A stretch of 64,000 bases of DNA from an uncultured Methanosarcinales archaeon. Its GTDB lineage: Archaea > Nanobdellota > Nanobdellia > Woesearchaeales > GW2011-AR9. Position numbers and translations under genes: made by a program. Shown in pieces: positions 40,318 to 50,961 of the stretch; position 1 is the stretch's first letter; every line of letters starts with the position of its first letter. The DNA lies in the NCBI GenBank assembly GCA_964460605.1, contig CAYWPT010000001.1, forward strand, positions 33,548 through 97,547. The letters run 5' to 3'. The notes under the pieces are model-generated. The model saw only the letters and a list, made by a program, of their open reading frames with translations. It had not been told where the DNA came from and did not search any database.

Positions 40318-40386
40318 TCATTTATTTTTTTTCTTTATTTTATTGTTCAAGCAAAGTTTTAAAACCAGATACTTGTTTCTCTTACT

Positions 40387-40932
40387 GTGAAATTTTTAGA
40401 ATATAGGGATAATGCCGTCTCAGCTTTAAAAGAAGTTTATAGTAAACCATTGAATGGAGTTTTTAGTGGAGCTTTGTTCTTGAGTTTTCTTACTTTGAAC
40501 TTATTTATCTTTCAATACATTCAGTTGGGATCTTTAATCATTGAGCAACCATTAGTTTTTTTCAAAAGTTATTTGTATACTTTGACTAATTTGCCTTTCT
40601 TGTCTATTGTTTCTACACTTTTGTTATCATTGTTATCAGGAGTTTTGATAGTAATGCTTATCTATGGCTATAGAAAAAATATGGCAATGAGTGCTGGTAA
40701 AAAAGGTGCTGCTGGAGCTTCTGGCAGTATTTTAGTTGGTTTATTAGCTCCTGCTTGTCCAAGTTGTGGTATTGGTGTTTTATCTGCTCTTGGGCTTGGT
40801 GGACTTGGTGCTGTGCTTCCTTTCGGTGGCCAAGAGATTGGAGTATTTGGAGTAATAATATTAATAGCATCCATTGTTTATGCGAGCAAACAGATAGTAG
40901 CTCCCGTGTGCAAGATAAAAAAGAAGCGTTAA
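40387..40932 (+). CDS. Membrane protein with CPSC motif
   Basis: Four hydrophobic segments, APACPSCG, terminal Cys. Confidence 0.75.
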   Translation: MKFLEYRDNAVSALKEVYSKPLNGVFSGALFLSFLTLNLFIFQYIQLGSLIIEQPLVFFKSYLYTLTNLPFLSIVSTLLLSLLSGVLIVMLIYGYRKNMAMSAGKKGAAGASGSILVGLLAPACPSCGIGVLSALGLGGLGAVLPFGGQEIGVFGVIILIASIVYASKQIVAPVCKIKKKR

Positions 40933-40963
40933 GTTTATATTTGGGTTCTGATTTACAATTTTT

Positions 40964-41413
40964 ATGCTTACTAAGAAAAAATTATGGAAGTTTGTCATTG
41001 CATTAACTTTTATTGGAGCACTCGCTTCTGCATATTTGATTAAAGTAAAATATACAGGAAGTGGCTTTTGTGAAATTAATGCAAAATTTTCTTGTGATGT
41101 TGTAAATTCTAGTAAGTATAGTGAAATACTTGGAATTCCGGTTGCTTTATTAGGTGTAATTGCTTATCTCTTTATGGGACTAAGCGCTTATTTTAACTTG
41201 ACTGTTCGAAATTTTAAGAATAAATGGATGGCTAAGTTGTTTAGCTTTGAAGTATTGTTATACTTTGCTTTGATTTCCTTAACATTTACTTTGTATTTGA
41301 GTGGGATTGAATTTTTCGTTTTGAAGGCTTATTGTATATTATGTTTAACATCACAAGTTGCAATGCTTGGTATTGTTGGTAGTTTAGTATATATGAAGAA
41401 AAGATGGAAATGA
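40964..41413 (+). CDS. Vitamin K epoxide reductase (VKOR) family protein
   Basis: FC.....SCDVVNSSKYS, GIPVALLG, CILC. Confidence 0.93.
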   Translation: MLTKKKLWKFVIALTFIGALASAYLIKVKYTGSGFCEINAKFSCDVVNSSKYSEILGIPVALLGVIAYLFMGLSAYFNLTVRNFKNKWMAKLFSFEVLLYFALISLTFTLYLSGIEFFVLKAYCILCLTSQVAMLGIVGSLVYMKKRWK

Positions 41414-41459
41414 AAAATGAAAACATTTTTCGTCCCATTAGAAATTTGGAGAATTTTAA

Positions 41460-41855
41460 ATGGAAATAAGTAGAGAAAGAATGATTTTAGCTGAGTCTAT
41501 CTTTTGGGCTCATGTATTGATTGTTATTCCTATCGTAGGATTATTTTTTGTTCCATTAAAAATTATGCCTGCACGTGATATTATTCATCTCTCTTATCTT
41601 GGTTTTATTATCTTCACGCAAGCTGGTTGGGGATTATTATTATTTGGTATGACAGGTCATTTTATGAACACTTGTCCGGTAACTACCTTTATGCAAAGTA
41701 TACGTGGTTATAAAATAAAAGATGTTGAGAATCATAAACATAGTTTTGTTGCAGAATTCTTTTCTCGTTATGGGATTACAAGTTTGAATAGTAAACGAGT
41801 TAATTATATGATGTTTACTGTGTTATTCTTTGCTACTATTCGGGTTGTGTTTTAG
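41460..41855 (+). CDS. DUF2784-like membrane protein
   Basis: H in TM1, H in TM2, CPVT...R, SFV motif pattern. Confidence 0.65.
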   Translation: MEISRERMILAESIFWAHVLIVIPIVGLFFVPLKIMPARDIIHLSYLGFIIFTQAGWGLLLFGMTGHFMNTCPVTTFMQSIRGYKIKDVENHKHSFVAEFFSRYGITSLNSKRVNYMMFTVLFFATIRVVF

Positions 41856-42461
41856 AGATCTACATCATTGTAGATAATTACATCCACAACATCTCTTATT
41901 GGTAAGACATGTTCTTTATACATTGGTTCGATTGTTAAATCCCATTTTCTACTCTTCTCTACTTCTTCCAGCTCTAGTAACATCTCTTACAAGCCTTCTT
42001 TCTTTTCTCACAGCTTCAGGAGCATCAACGAAAACAAGCAAATCGATTACATCTCTCCACTCTTCCCTATGTGCGACAAAAAGACCCTGGGTTAGAGTAA
42101 CAAATTTTGCTTGAACTGGCACATAGCCTGTTCTTTTGCCTTGTTTAAAACAATATTCTGGTGCCATAATATCTCTTCCAGCACTTAAATCTAAGAAGTG
42201 TCCTCCATAAAGGTCAAGATCAAGAGAACTAGGATGATCATGATTAGTTATTCCTTCTGGACCGGGAATTCCTCCCAAGAAATATCCATCTTGAACATGA
42301 TAAGTTAGTGCAGCATTTGCAAGTCTTTCAGAAAGAAAATCTTTTCCTGATGCTGAGCCACCAACAATAGCTATAGTCTGCCTTGTACTAGAGGCTAATG
42401 CTTCTCTAATGTGAGCTTCAAGAAATCTATTACCTTCTACAAACTGGAATTCTCTTGCCAT
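41852..42461 (-). pseudogene. udk: Uridine kinase, frameshifted near the 3' end
   Basis: GGSASGK, NHDHPSSLD, PEYCF, RRLVRD. After a +1 shift at ~41951 it reads RKWDLTIEPMYKEHVLPIRDVVDVIIYND, the normal UK C-terminus. Confidence 0.8.
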
Positions 42462-42499
42462 AAAATTTTGTGGTAAATATCTTTTTTAAAGCTTATGAA

Positions 42500-43573
42500 T
42501 TATACAAAGAACTTAGGTTTTTCTTTTTTAAGAAGTGTTATTTGCCACTTTCTTAAAGCTGTTTTATCCTTTTTTACTATCAAAGATAACATTTGTTCTT
42601 TATTGATGATTAAGTGTCCTGGGATCTTTTGTTTCTCTGCAACCTTCTTTTGAATATCTTGTAATTGTTTAAATTTGAGCTTTTCTTCAGGGGTATGACG
42701 TTTAGATTCCTTTTTCTTTATTTCTACTGGATGTTTTCTTCCTTCCTCTACTGCTTGCTGGAATAAAGAAGCTCTTCTGTAAATAATTGGATGTACTCTT
42801 TTGATACGTTTCCAAACGTTTGGTGGACGTTGCGCAATTTCAAAGAGTCTTTTAGTTGAAATAATATGATGCACAGGCTCGTCCAACTCTTTTGCAATTT
42901 TTCTTCTTAGTTGGTATAATTTTTTAAGAATTCCAAGTTCTTTTGGGTTAAGTGTGTTCAATTTTTTAAGATCTTCAAACTTTTGTATCCTTAATTTGAA
43001 CTCTTTGTGTTCCAAAGAATCTAATTCTTGCTCAATCCATGCTAAACGTTTCTTTTCTTGTAGTTCTTTTTTGAGAATTTTGTATAATGGAATTAAATAT
43101 GAAGTATCTTTAGAAGCGTAAGAGAGCATTCCTACTGAAAGTGGTCTTCTAGTCCAATCTGCCTTTTGAAATTTACTCTCTTTATTTACTTTAAGATATT
43201 CTTCAAGTAATGAACCTAAACCAATGCTTTTTTTTCCTAACAATGAAGCTGCAATTTGAGTGTCAAAAAAATTTTTAGGTTTACAATCAAATTGTTTATC
43301 TAAAATTCTAAAATCAAATCCAATATCATGGAAGATTTTTTTGATGTTTGGGTTATGGAAGATTTTTATCAATTCTGGGATATCTTTTAGTTTGAGAATG
43401 TCAATAATCCAGTTTTTCTTTTCAGTAGAAATTTGTATTAATGAGATGTATACTCCAAAATGGTGCATATTGTTCTCACATTCTAAATCGATTGCTAGAA
43501 TTTTAGCTTTTTCCCAATCTTTAACTGCTTCTAAGAAATCCTCTTTTTGATCTATGAATGTGAATGTTGTCAT
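42500..43573 (-). CDS. rnd: Ribonuclease D (DEDDy 3'-5' exonuclease plus HRDC)
   Basis: AIDLE, LIQIS, KIFHD..FD, FDTQIAA, QKADWTRRPL, YASKD. Confidence 0.9.
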   Translation of the reverse strand: MTTFTFIDQKEDFLEAVKDWEKAKILAIDLECENNMHHFGVYISLIQISTEKKNWIIDILKLKDIPELIKIFHNPNIKKIFHDIGFDFRILDKQFDCKPKNFFDTQIAASLLGKKSIGLGSLLEEYLKVNKESKFQKADWTRRPLSVGMLSYASKDTSYLIPLYKILKKELQEKKRLAWIEQELDSLEHKEFKLRIQKFEDLKKLNTLNPKELGILKKLYQLRRKIAKELDEPVHHIISTKRLFEIAQRPPNVWKRIKRVHPIIYRRASLFQQAVEEGRKHPVEIKKKESKRHTPEEKLKFKQLQDIQKKVAEKQKIPGHLIINKEQMLSLIVKKDKTALRKWQITLLKKEKPKFFV

Positions 43574-43612
43574 ATTGTAAATAGTGAAAGAAATGAGCTT
43601 TAAAAATCTTTA

Positions 43613-44041
43613 CTAGATTCTATCTTTGTATTTCTCTAAAAAGTGAGGAAATTGTGAGTGAAGAGGTTCTGGGAAATTATCTAAAGTAAACCAACCAATT
43701 TCATCACATTTGTGAGGCTCGCCAATCTTTACTTTATCCTTATCAATAAGAACTTTAAAATCTAAGGCAATCCAGTGAGTTTTTTTGCCATCATGTTCTC
43801 TATGTACATCTCTAAATCCAATATGTTCAATTTCTTTTACTTCTGTACAATATTCTTCTTCAATCTCTTTTTTGATGTTTTCTAAGATAGGCAAACCATG
43901 CTCTAGTGCTCCTGCACCTGGATCCCAAGTGCCATGCTCGTCTCTGCATTGCGCTGATCTTTTGCTCAGAAGATAATTACCTTCACCATCATGGCAGAGA
44001 AATACTGTAGTAACACCAGGATAATCAATGCCTTTTTTCAT
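43613..44041 (-). CDS. NUDIX hydrolase
   Basis: WDPGAGALEHG...KEIEEEY, EPHKCDEIGWF. Confidence 0.85.
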   Translation of the reverse strand: MKKGIDYPGVTTVFLCHDGEGNYLLSKRSAQCRDEHGTWDPGAGALEHGLPILENIKKEIEEEYCTEVKEIEHIGFRDVHREHDGKKTHWIALDFKVLIDKDKVKIGEPHKCDEIGWFTLDNFPEPLHSQFPHFLEKYKDRI

Positions 44042-44115
44042 AGAATTCTGTTGTAAGAACTTGTTTAAATGTATTTCTATAATTGAAGATATTAAAAAAA
44101 AAAGAAAAAATTGGC

Positions 44116-44517
44116 TTAAAACTTAGCCTTTCCAAAAACTTTTTTACCTAAAGCTAATTTTCCTGGACCGTAAGCACTAATCACTAAGAACACAGCTAAG
44201 TAAAGTAAAGCTGATTCTCCACCATTGGTGAATGGGTTAAATCCGTTTGAAAAGTGCACATAAGGGAAAGTTCCAATCATAATGATTGCACCAATAATTG
44301 CTCCAGATCTTGCAAAGATTCCTAAAACGATTGCTGCACCAACTAAGATCTCTAAAACTCCGATAATCCACATAAAACTCCATGCTGCTTGTGCTAACTT
44401 AGGTAATCCATGGTTAAAGAAAAATGCTCCAAAAACTAATCTTAAAAATACCAAAAAACCGTCAGCAGTCTTTTTTTGCCAATTGTTAAAAAATTTCTCA
44501 CATACTTCAAATGTCAT
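44116..44517 (-). CDS. DoxX-family membrane protein
   Basis: LRLVFG..F..HG.PKL, LGIFAR, NGGE, GPGK. Confidence 0.92.
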   Translation of the reverse strand: MTFEVCEKFFNNWQKKTADGFLVFLRLVFGAFFFNHGLPKLAQAAWSFMWIIGVLEILVGAAIVLGIFARSGAIIGAIIMIGTFPYVHFSNGFNPFTNGGESALLYLAVFLVISAYGPGKLALGKKVFGKAKF

Positions 44518-44582
44518 TTTAATATACCTCTCAAAATAATTTATAAGAATGAAAAATTGAAAAGAATTTAAACTTATCGTTA

Positions 44583-44945
44583 TTAGAAATAGTTTTCTAC
44601 TAAATATTTCATCCCTTCATATTCTCCTATTGTGGCCATGGCACCTATAGCTAAACCATAAACAAGACCGTTTGCATAGCTTCTAGCACTATCATCGTAT
44701 CTCAATACAATGTCAGAAGCACTTTTTGCCGCTATCCCCATTTGTACTGCTCCTGCTACAACCAATGAAGGGTTGGTCACCATAGGATCTATTTGTAATC
44801 CTGCTCCTTCAGCTATACCAATACCCATTGCTGATATTGCAGCAGATGGTAATGCGAATTTTGCTAAAAGCTCTAAGGGGAAATTTTTGTCTCCCGGAGT
44901 TCTAACCATTATACTATCTCTTCTTGTCTCTCTAACTCTATTCAT
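44583..44945 (-). CDS. Hypothetical membrane protein
   Basis: 120 aa, three Gly/Ala-rich hydrophobic segments; GGAGTGA RBS. Confidence 0.6.
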   Translation of the reverse strand: MNRVRETRRDSIMVRTPGDKNFPLELLAKFALPSAAISAMGIGIAEGAGLQIDPMVTNPSLVVAGAVQMGIAAKSASDIVLRYDDSARSYANGLVYGLAIGAMATIGEYEGMKYLVENYF

Positions 44946-45008
44946 TTATTTTATCACTCCATTTATTGAAGCAATGCACAGAAAATACTCGATTTATAAA
45001 ACTTCTTA

Positions 45009-45116
45009 TTAACGCTGAAGGTACAAGTAAATAAAGATAATAATACCTAAAACTAAGAGAAAATTTGCTGCAAGCATTGCAAAACGTGCAAGAAGAATTT
45101 TATCACTAGCTTTCAC
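45009..45116 (-). CDS. Putative 35-aa single-TM protein at the end of the ATP synthase operon (not in ORF track)
   Basis: GGAGAGG then GTG 45116: [35 protein letters not shown]; overlaps atpD stop. Confidence 0.55.
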   Translation of the reverse strand: MKASDKILLARFAMLAANFLLVLGIIIFIYLYLQR

Positions 45117-45729
45117 TTTGGACTAGCCTCTCCTTGGTTTTTTTCAAACGAATAAAAGATTCACGCTCCATTTCAGCTAATTGTGCTTTAATGTTTTTCT
45201 CTACAGCTACTAACTCTGGAATTTTGATATATTCTAAAGCATTTACTCTTCGTTTTGTTTTTACAATTTCATCAGCTAACTTGAAGATTGTGTTTTCAAT
45301 CTCAGCTAATTTAAGTAAAGTGGGGAGTAATTGCACATAATTCTTTCTTGCATTCTCAACATATTGAGATAATCCTAAAAGTGAAACGTTTAATCCGTTC
45401 TCTTTTTCATCAATACTCAATTCTGCTACTTGCACGCCCATTAAATTCCTAGTAGTAAAAGAAACATTGCAAGTCTCATTAGTACTAAATGCTAAACTTT
45501 TTACTCTGTTTACACCACTTACCGCCTGAGCTACACGAAGTTCTTCGTAAGCTTCATCAAGACTTCTTTGCACATCTGCTTTAAGTGTTTTATAATCTTT
45601 GATAAGCTCAAAGAAAGTTCTAATTAAAGAATCTCTTTTCTTTTTCAAAAGTCCGTGGCCTTTTTGTGCAAGTTTCTTTTTAGCTTTAACACGTAATAAT
45701 TCCATACGTGTTGTAGGGTGCCCAGTCAT
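45106..45729 (-). CDS. atpD: A/V-type ATP synthase subunit D
   Basis: [28 protein letters not shown]. Confidence 0.96.
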   Translation of the reverse strand: MTGHPTTRMELLRVKAKKKLAQKGHGLLKKKRDSLIRTFFELIKDYKTLKADVQRSLDEAYEELRVAQAVSGVNRVKSLAFSTNETCNVSFTTRNLMGVQVAELSIDEKENGLNVSLLGLSQYVENARKNYVQLLPTLLKLAEIENTIFKLADEIVKTKRRVNALEYIKIPELVAVEKNIKAQLAEMERESFIRLKKTKERLVQSES

Positions 45730-47096
45730 GCTTGAATTGTCCTCAAATATTTTTCGATGTGTTCTTTTTTCACTTTCTTAAGCTCAGTTTTTGGTAATAT
45801 GCAAAGTAATTCCCAAGCAATTTTCAAAGTTTCTTCAACTTCTCTGTTCTCATAAAATCCTTGGTTAACAAATTCTCCTTCAAAAGCTTCTGCAAACTTC
45901 AAATATTGTTTATCAGTTTTGCTCAAACTACTTTCACCTACTACTGAGACTAATTGTCGTAATTCTAAACCGCGAGCATAAGCAGCATAAAGCTGATCAC
46001 TCACACCACCGTGGTCTTCTCGAGTTTTACCCTTACCAATTCCTGCGTTCATTAAACGAGATAAACTAGGTAATGGGTTTACTGGAGGGAACATCCCTTT
46101 TTTAAGCAAAGCTTTGTCTAAAACAATTTGTCCTTCAGTGATATACCCAGTTAAATCAGGGATTGGATGTGTAATGTCTCCTGCAGGCATGGTTAAGATA
46201 GGAATCTGAGTTACAGATCCTTTTGCTCCTTGCACCATTCCAGCTCTTTCGTAATTAGCAGCTAGATCTGTATACATGTAACCTGGATATCCTCTTCTTC
46301 CAGGAACTTCATTTCTTGCTGCAGAAATTTCTCTTAAAGCTTCACAATAGTTTGTGAAATCTGTTAATACTACAAGTACATGATAATCATGTTCGTAAGC
46401 CAAATATTCAGCAGTGGTTAAAGCTGCTCTTGGAGTAATAATCCTCTCAACACTTGGATCATCTGCCACATTCAAGAAAAGAACCGCGTTATCTAAAGCT
46501 CCTGTTTTTTTGAAATCGTCTACAAAAAACCGTGCTTCTTCATTAGTAATACCCATTGCTGCAAATACCACTACAAAATCTTCTCCTTTTACTTTAGCTT
46601 GCCTTACAATTTGAGCAGCTAATTCATTGTGTGGTAGACCTGATGCACTAAAGATAGGTAATTTTTGACCACGAACTAAGGTGTTCATACAATCAATAGT
46701 ACTAATACCAGTTTGAATAAACTGTGAAGATTTTTTTCTACTCGCTGGATTAATGGCAGCGCCGTTTACATCCAAATGTTTTTCAGCTACAAATTGTGTG
46801 CCATCTTTTGGATTTCCTAGACCGTCAAAAACTCTTCCGATCATTTCTTTAGAAACTCCTAATTCTGCTGTTTTACCAGTAAATTGTACCTTAGCGTTCA
46901 AATCAAGACCCATACTGTTCTCAAAGAGTTGTACAACTACTTTATCTTGAGCTGCGTCCAATACTTGACCGAACAATTCTCGATCATTTGATTTAATCTT
47001 ACAGATTTCCCCGTAAGCTACATCTTTTACTTTTTCTACAACAACCAATGGTCCTCTGATAGAACTTGTTGTTTTATACCAAGCTTGTGTTTTCAT
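45726..47096 (-). CDS. atpB: A/V-type ATP synthase subunit B
   Basis: [38 protein letters not shown]. Confidence 0.97.
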   Translation of the reverse strand: MKTQAWYKTTSSIRGPLVVVEKVKDVAYGEICKIKSNDRELFGQVLDAAQDKVVVQLFENSMGLDLNAKVQFTGKTAELGVSKEMIGRVFDGLGNPKDGTQFVAEKHLDVNGAAINPASRKKSSQFIQTGISTIDCMNTLVRGQKLPIFSASGLPHNELAAQIVRQAKVKGEDFVVVFAAMGITNEEARFFVDDFKKTGALDNAVLFLNVADDPSVERIITPRAALTTAEYLAYEHDYHVLVVLTDFTNYCEALREISAARNEVPGRRGYPGYMYTDLAANYERAGMVQGAKGSVTQIPILTMPAGDITHPIPDLTGYITEGQIVLDKALLKKGMFPPVNPLPSLSRLMNAGIGKGKTREDHGGVSDQLYAAYARGLELRQLVSVVGESSLSKTDKQYLKFAEAFEGEFVNQGFYENREVEETLKIAWELLCILPKTELKKVKKEHIEKYLRTIQA

Positions 47097-48835
47097 TGTT
47101 CTGCCTCCGCTACTGCAGCGCCAATTGTCTCTTTTGTTTTCGCTAACTTCTTTGAAGTAAATTCTTTATTTGGCATATATTTTAATCGAGCAATAAATTC
47201 TACAGATTCTGAAACTTGTAGTGCTTCAAGATCTAAAGTGTCTATTTTTCCTTTACATTTTTCATAGAATGCAAAGATTGCTTCTACCATTGCTAACTGC
47301 TTTTCAATCGGACAAAACATATCCACTTCATGGAAAGCATTTTGTTGCAAAAAGTCTTCTCGAATCATCTTTGCTACAAAAAGTAATAATTGCTGTTCTT
47401 TTGGTAAAGAATCTAAACCCACTAATTGTACAATTTCTTGTAATTCTGCTTCTTCTTGTAGAAGAGATTGTGTTTTCTCTCTAAGTAAATTCCAGTTTTT
47501 GGAGATGTTTTCTGAATACCAATCAGAGAGAACATCTTTGTATAAAGAATAAGACTCTAACCAATTGATCGCCCAATAATGTCTTTTATTAGCAAGACTA
47601 GAATCTAATGCCCAGAAACATTTTGCTATTCTTAAAGTATTTTGAGTAACAGGTTCTGAGAAATCTCCCCCTGGAGGACTTACTGCACCGATAACAGAAA
47701 TACTTCCTTCATCACCACCTAAAGTTTCAACAATTCCTGCTCTTTCATAAAATTCTGCAAGTCTTTTTGCTAAGTAAGCTGGATAACCTTCTTCACCAGG
47801 CATTTCTTCTAATCTTCCTGAAATTTCTCTCATAGCTTCAGCCCAACGACTTGTTGAATCTGCCATTAAAGCTACTGCGAATCCTTGGTCTCTGAAATAT
47901 TCTGCTAGAGTAATTCCAGTATAGACACTTGCCTCACGTGCAGCCACTGGCATGTTCGAAGTGTTTGCGATAAGAATAGTACGCTTCATTAATGCTTCAC
48001 CAGATTTAGGATCTTTTAGGTGTGGAAATTCTTCTAAAACTTCAACCATCTCGTTTCCACGTTCACCACAACCAACATAAACTATAATATCCGCATCGCA
48101 CCATTTTGCAAAAGATTGTTGTGTAACTGTTTTTCCACAACCAAAAGGTCCAGGAATTGCTGCTACTCCGCCTTTTGCAACAGGGAAAAGAAAATCAAAA
48201 ACTCTTTGTCCAGAAATTAATGGTTTTGAGATTCCTAACCTTTTTCCGGTTGGTCTTGCTCTTCGTACTGGCCATTCTTGTGCTAATTTAATTTCTTTAT
48301 CGCCAACTTTTCCGATTACATCTTTGAGAGTAAATTCTCCTGGTCGTAATCCTGAAATTTTTCCACTGAATCCAGGTGGGACTAAAATTTTGTGAGTGAT
48401 TACTGTGTTTTCTTCAACTTCTCCAATAATTTGTCCTTGTTCAACTTGAGTATTATTTTTCACAGTCGGTGTAAATGTCCAGACTTTTTCCATATCTAGC
48501 GAAGGTAGATCAATACCTTTCTTGATGAAAATACCACTTTTTTCTTTGATAACTTCTAATGGTCTTTGTGTACCATCAAATACTTGTGCTAGTAATCCTG
48601 GGCCTAAAGTAACTGAGAGTGGACTGTGTGTGTTTACAATGGGCTCACCAGGTTTAATTCCGGTGGTTTCTTCATATACTTGTACAACTTTTTCTTTGCC
48701 ACGTAGCTCAATGATTTCTCCTAAAAGAGCATCATTACCTACCTTAACTACATCATTTATTGCCCCATCTACTTCAGCGTAGACAACAGGACCTGAAATT
48801 CTTTTAATTATACCTTTGCTTTTCTTCATTGTCAT
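47093..48835 (-). CDS. atpA: A/V-type ATP synthase subunit A (no intein)
   Basis: [36 protein letters not shown]. Confidence 0.98.
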   Translation of the reverse strand: MTMKKSKGIIKRISGPVVYAEVDGAINDVVKVGNDALLGEIIELRGKEKVVQVYEETTGIKPGEPIVNTHSPLSVTLGPGLLAQVFDGTQRPLEVIKEKSGIFIKKGIDLPSLDMEKVWTFTPTVKNNTQVEQGQIIGEVEENTVITHKILVPPGFSGKISGLRPGEFTLKDVIGKVGDKEIKLAQEWPVRRARPTGKRLGISKPLISGQRVFDFLFPVAKGGVAAIPGPFGCGKTVTQQSFAKWCDADIIVYVGCGERGNEMVEVLEEFPHLKDPKSGEALMKRTILIANTSNMPVAAREASVYTGITLAEYFRDQGFAVALMADSTSRWAEAMREISGRLEEMPGEEGYPAYLAKRLAEFYERAGIVETLGGDEGSISVIGAVSPPGGDFSEPVTQNTLRIAKCFWALDSSLANKRHYWAINWLESYSLYKDVLSDWYSENISKNWNLLREKTQSLLQEEAELQEIVQLVGLDSLPKEQQLLLFVAKMIREDFLQQNAFHEVDMFCPIEKQLAMVEAIFAFYEKCKGKIDTLDLEALQVSESVEFIARLKYMPNKEFTSKKLAKTKETIGAAVAEAEQ

Positions 48836-49133
48836 TCCTCATTACTATTCCTAATGTTTCTAAAACTAAATTATCAATCTCTTTATTGCTATCTCCCACA
48901 ATTTTTTCTGGGATGCTCACGAAAAACTTTCCTCGAGCTAAACTATGATTTTTTACTTTTTTGTGAAGGGACTCGTTCACTAAAAGAATACTTACATCAC
49001 GCAGATGTTCCAATGCTTTTGTGATTTCTTCATCTTTTGCTTCTCTATTTATCTCAGCTATGTGTTTTACACCAGCTAAACCAAATCCAATAATATCATC
49101 CTCATATCCAATGATTCCTATTTCTTCTTTCAT
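48804..49133 (-). CDS. atpF: A/V-type ATP synthase subunit F
   Basis: IGIIG.ED...GFGLAGV; operon position. Confidence 0.9.
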   Translation of the reverse strand: MKEEIGIIGYEDDIIGFGLAGVKHIAEINREAKDEEITKALEHLRDVSILLVNESLHKKVKNHSLARGKFFVSIPEKIVGDSNKEIDNLVLETLGIVMRNDNEEKQRYN

Positions 49134-50158
49134 GCGAGCACCTCTTTGATTTTCTCTGTGCTAAAATTATGATATTTCATCTTCAATAAAATGTTCAAGT
49201 TTCTTGTATTATTAGTTTTAAGAATAATATAACCAATAAGTGATGCTTCAGATAAAGGGTTACGCGCCATGAAGGCTTTCCCATCTGCTAACAATCTTCT
49301 ATACAAGTCTCTTTCTACACATTCTTTCTTTTTTGAATCTATTTTGTAGCCTTCTTCTTGTAACTTTTTTACTAATTCTTCTACAGACATTCCTTTTTGA
49401 AGTTCTTCAATGTGTAGATAACCACCGGGAATGATCGCTTCTTGATGTTTGAGTATTAAACCTACATTGTGTGAGTCAATAAGCATTTTCACATATTCTC
49501 TTGCTTCTCTACTTTTTGCATAGTAGAGCAATCTTTTGAATAAAAGTAAATCTAAATCTTCTTCAAAAGCTTTGAAATGATTCTTTTGAATTTCTTCATA
49601 ATGTTTTTTGAGAATATCGTAATAGATACTCCCTTTGAGTTCATTTTCTAATTCTTCTAAAGTGATTTGACGTTTTGCTAAAAATTCTCTAGAAAATACT
49701 TCAGAGAGATGATAAATGTCTTGTTTGTTGTACAATTTGAGATTAATTGAACGTACTACACTTTTGATCAGACTAATGTCATACCTTGATAAAAATACAG
49801 ACAAAAATTTCTGTGATTGTTCTGGGCTGATTCTTTTTACTTTGATCAATGTCTTTACTAATTCTGTTCTCAGGGCAGTATCAACACTTGCGTAAGAAAA
49901 GTCTGCTGCTAAATATTTCCCTAAACCTTTGAAAGTCTTTTTTTCTAATGAATAAATAATATCGTTGTAAGGTCTGTTGAAATATTCATCGAACTCTTCA
50001 ATTTTTACTAATTTAGATCTCATTGCTCGAAGTCTTGCGTTAGTGTAAGCATAAGGATAAATACCAACTAGTGTTTTGAATACTGGGATAAGTGCAGCTA
50101 TAAATAGTACAAACAATCCTGCTAAAAGTACCCCGATAAGCACTAATTCATCAACCAT
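49130..50158 (-). CDS. atpC: A/V-type ATP synthase subunit C
   Basis: YAYTNARLRAMRSKL; N-terminal hydrophobic extension; operon position. Confidence 0.9.
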   Translation of the reverse strand: MVDELVLIGVLLAGLFVLFIAALIPVFKTLVGIYPYAYTNARLRAMRSKLVKIEEFDEYFNRPYNDIIYSLEKKTFKGLGKYLAADFSYASVDTALRTELVKTLIKVKRISPEQSQKFLSVFLSRYDISLIKSVVRSINLKLYNKQDIYHLSEVFSREFLAKRQITLEELENELKGSIYYDILKKHYEEIQKNHFKAFEEDLDLLLFKRLLYYAKSREAREYVKMLIDSHNVGLILKHQEAIIPGGYLHIEELQKGMSVEELVKKLQEEGYKIDSKKKECVERDLYRRLLADGKAFMARNPLSEASLIGYIILKTNNTRNLNILLKMKYHNFSTEKIKEVLA

Positions 50159-50727
50159 TATATCTTCTCACTAATCTTTCTTGCAATGAAATCTTTCATT
50201 TCTATTAATCTGTTTTCTAAAGATTCTTCTAAAAAAATCTCTTTACTCTCTGCATGTACTGCTAAAATGTTTAGGTTAGCCTTCATTTTTCCCTTAAGAA
50301 AACCTTTTGGCATACCATTCCATACAGAAAATTTGAATTCTTTTTTCTCTAAAGACAAAGTCTTGATTTTTTCCTCTACATCTTTGTACAATTCTTTTAC
50401 AATAGCCACTTTTTTAGCTTGAGACAAAGAAACAATTTCGTCTTTTACTTGTAAAAGTACTTTGTTGTAGAGTAGATCTTTCTTTTGAGCAAGGTCAACT
50501 TTTAGTTGCGTGTTTACTTCAGCAATTTGTGCTGTCTTTTCCGCTTGAGCTTCCCTTTCCGCTTGAGAGAGAAGTTTTCGTGCTAGACCTTCTGCCTTTT
50601 GAGTTTCTTTTTGAATAATAGCCTCTCTTTCCTTTTCTGCATCTAGATACAAAATAGAAAGCTCACGCTGGTATTCTTGTACGATAAACTCTTCGAGTTC
50701 TTTCGACTTGTCAATTACTACCTTCAT
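50158..50727 (-). CDS. atpE: A/V-type ATP synthase subunit E
   Basis: Long N-terminal helix; position between K and C; divergent sequence. Confidence 0.75.
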   Translation of the reverse strand: MKVVIDKSKELEEFIVQEYQRELSILYLDAEKEREAIIQKETQKAEGLARKLLSQAEREAQAEKTAQIAEVNTQLKVDLAQKKDLLYNKVLLQVKDEIVSLSQAKKVAIVKELYKDVEEKIKTLSLEKKEFKFSVWNGMPKGFLKGKMKANLNILAVHAESKEIFLEESLENRLIEMKDFIARKISEKI

Positions 50728-50730
50728 TAT

Positions 50731-50961
50731 CTATGCTCCGAAGACGAAGAGTAGTAAGATTGCGATTACGAATCCATAGATTGCCTGTGTTTCAGGTAAT
50801 GCTGCGAATACTAACATCTTTGCCAAAAGTTTTTCGTTCTCTGCGGTCGCTCCTGCTGCTGCGCTAGAAGCAATACCTTGTCCAATACCGGAACCGAGTG
50901 CTGCAAATCCAATCGCAATTCCTGCTCCGATAGCAATTAATCCTGTTGCTAATTCTACCAT
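50731..50961 (-). CDS. atpK: A/V-type ATP synthase subunit K/c (single hairpin)
   Basis: GSGIGQG...ALPETQAIYG. Confidence 0.96.
   Translation of the reverse strand: MVELATGLIAIGAGIAIGFAALGSGIGQGIASSAAAGATAENEKLLAKMLVFAALPETQAIYGFVIAILLLFVFGA

Noticed and set aside
47093..48835. Inteins in atpA (also considered for gyrA and hef)
   Set aside because: Normal lengths and uninterrupted motifs
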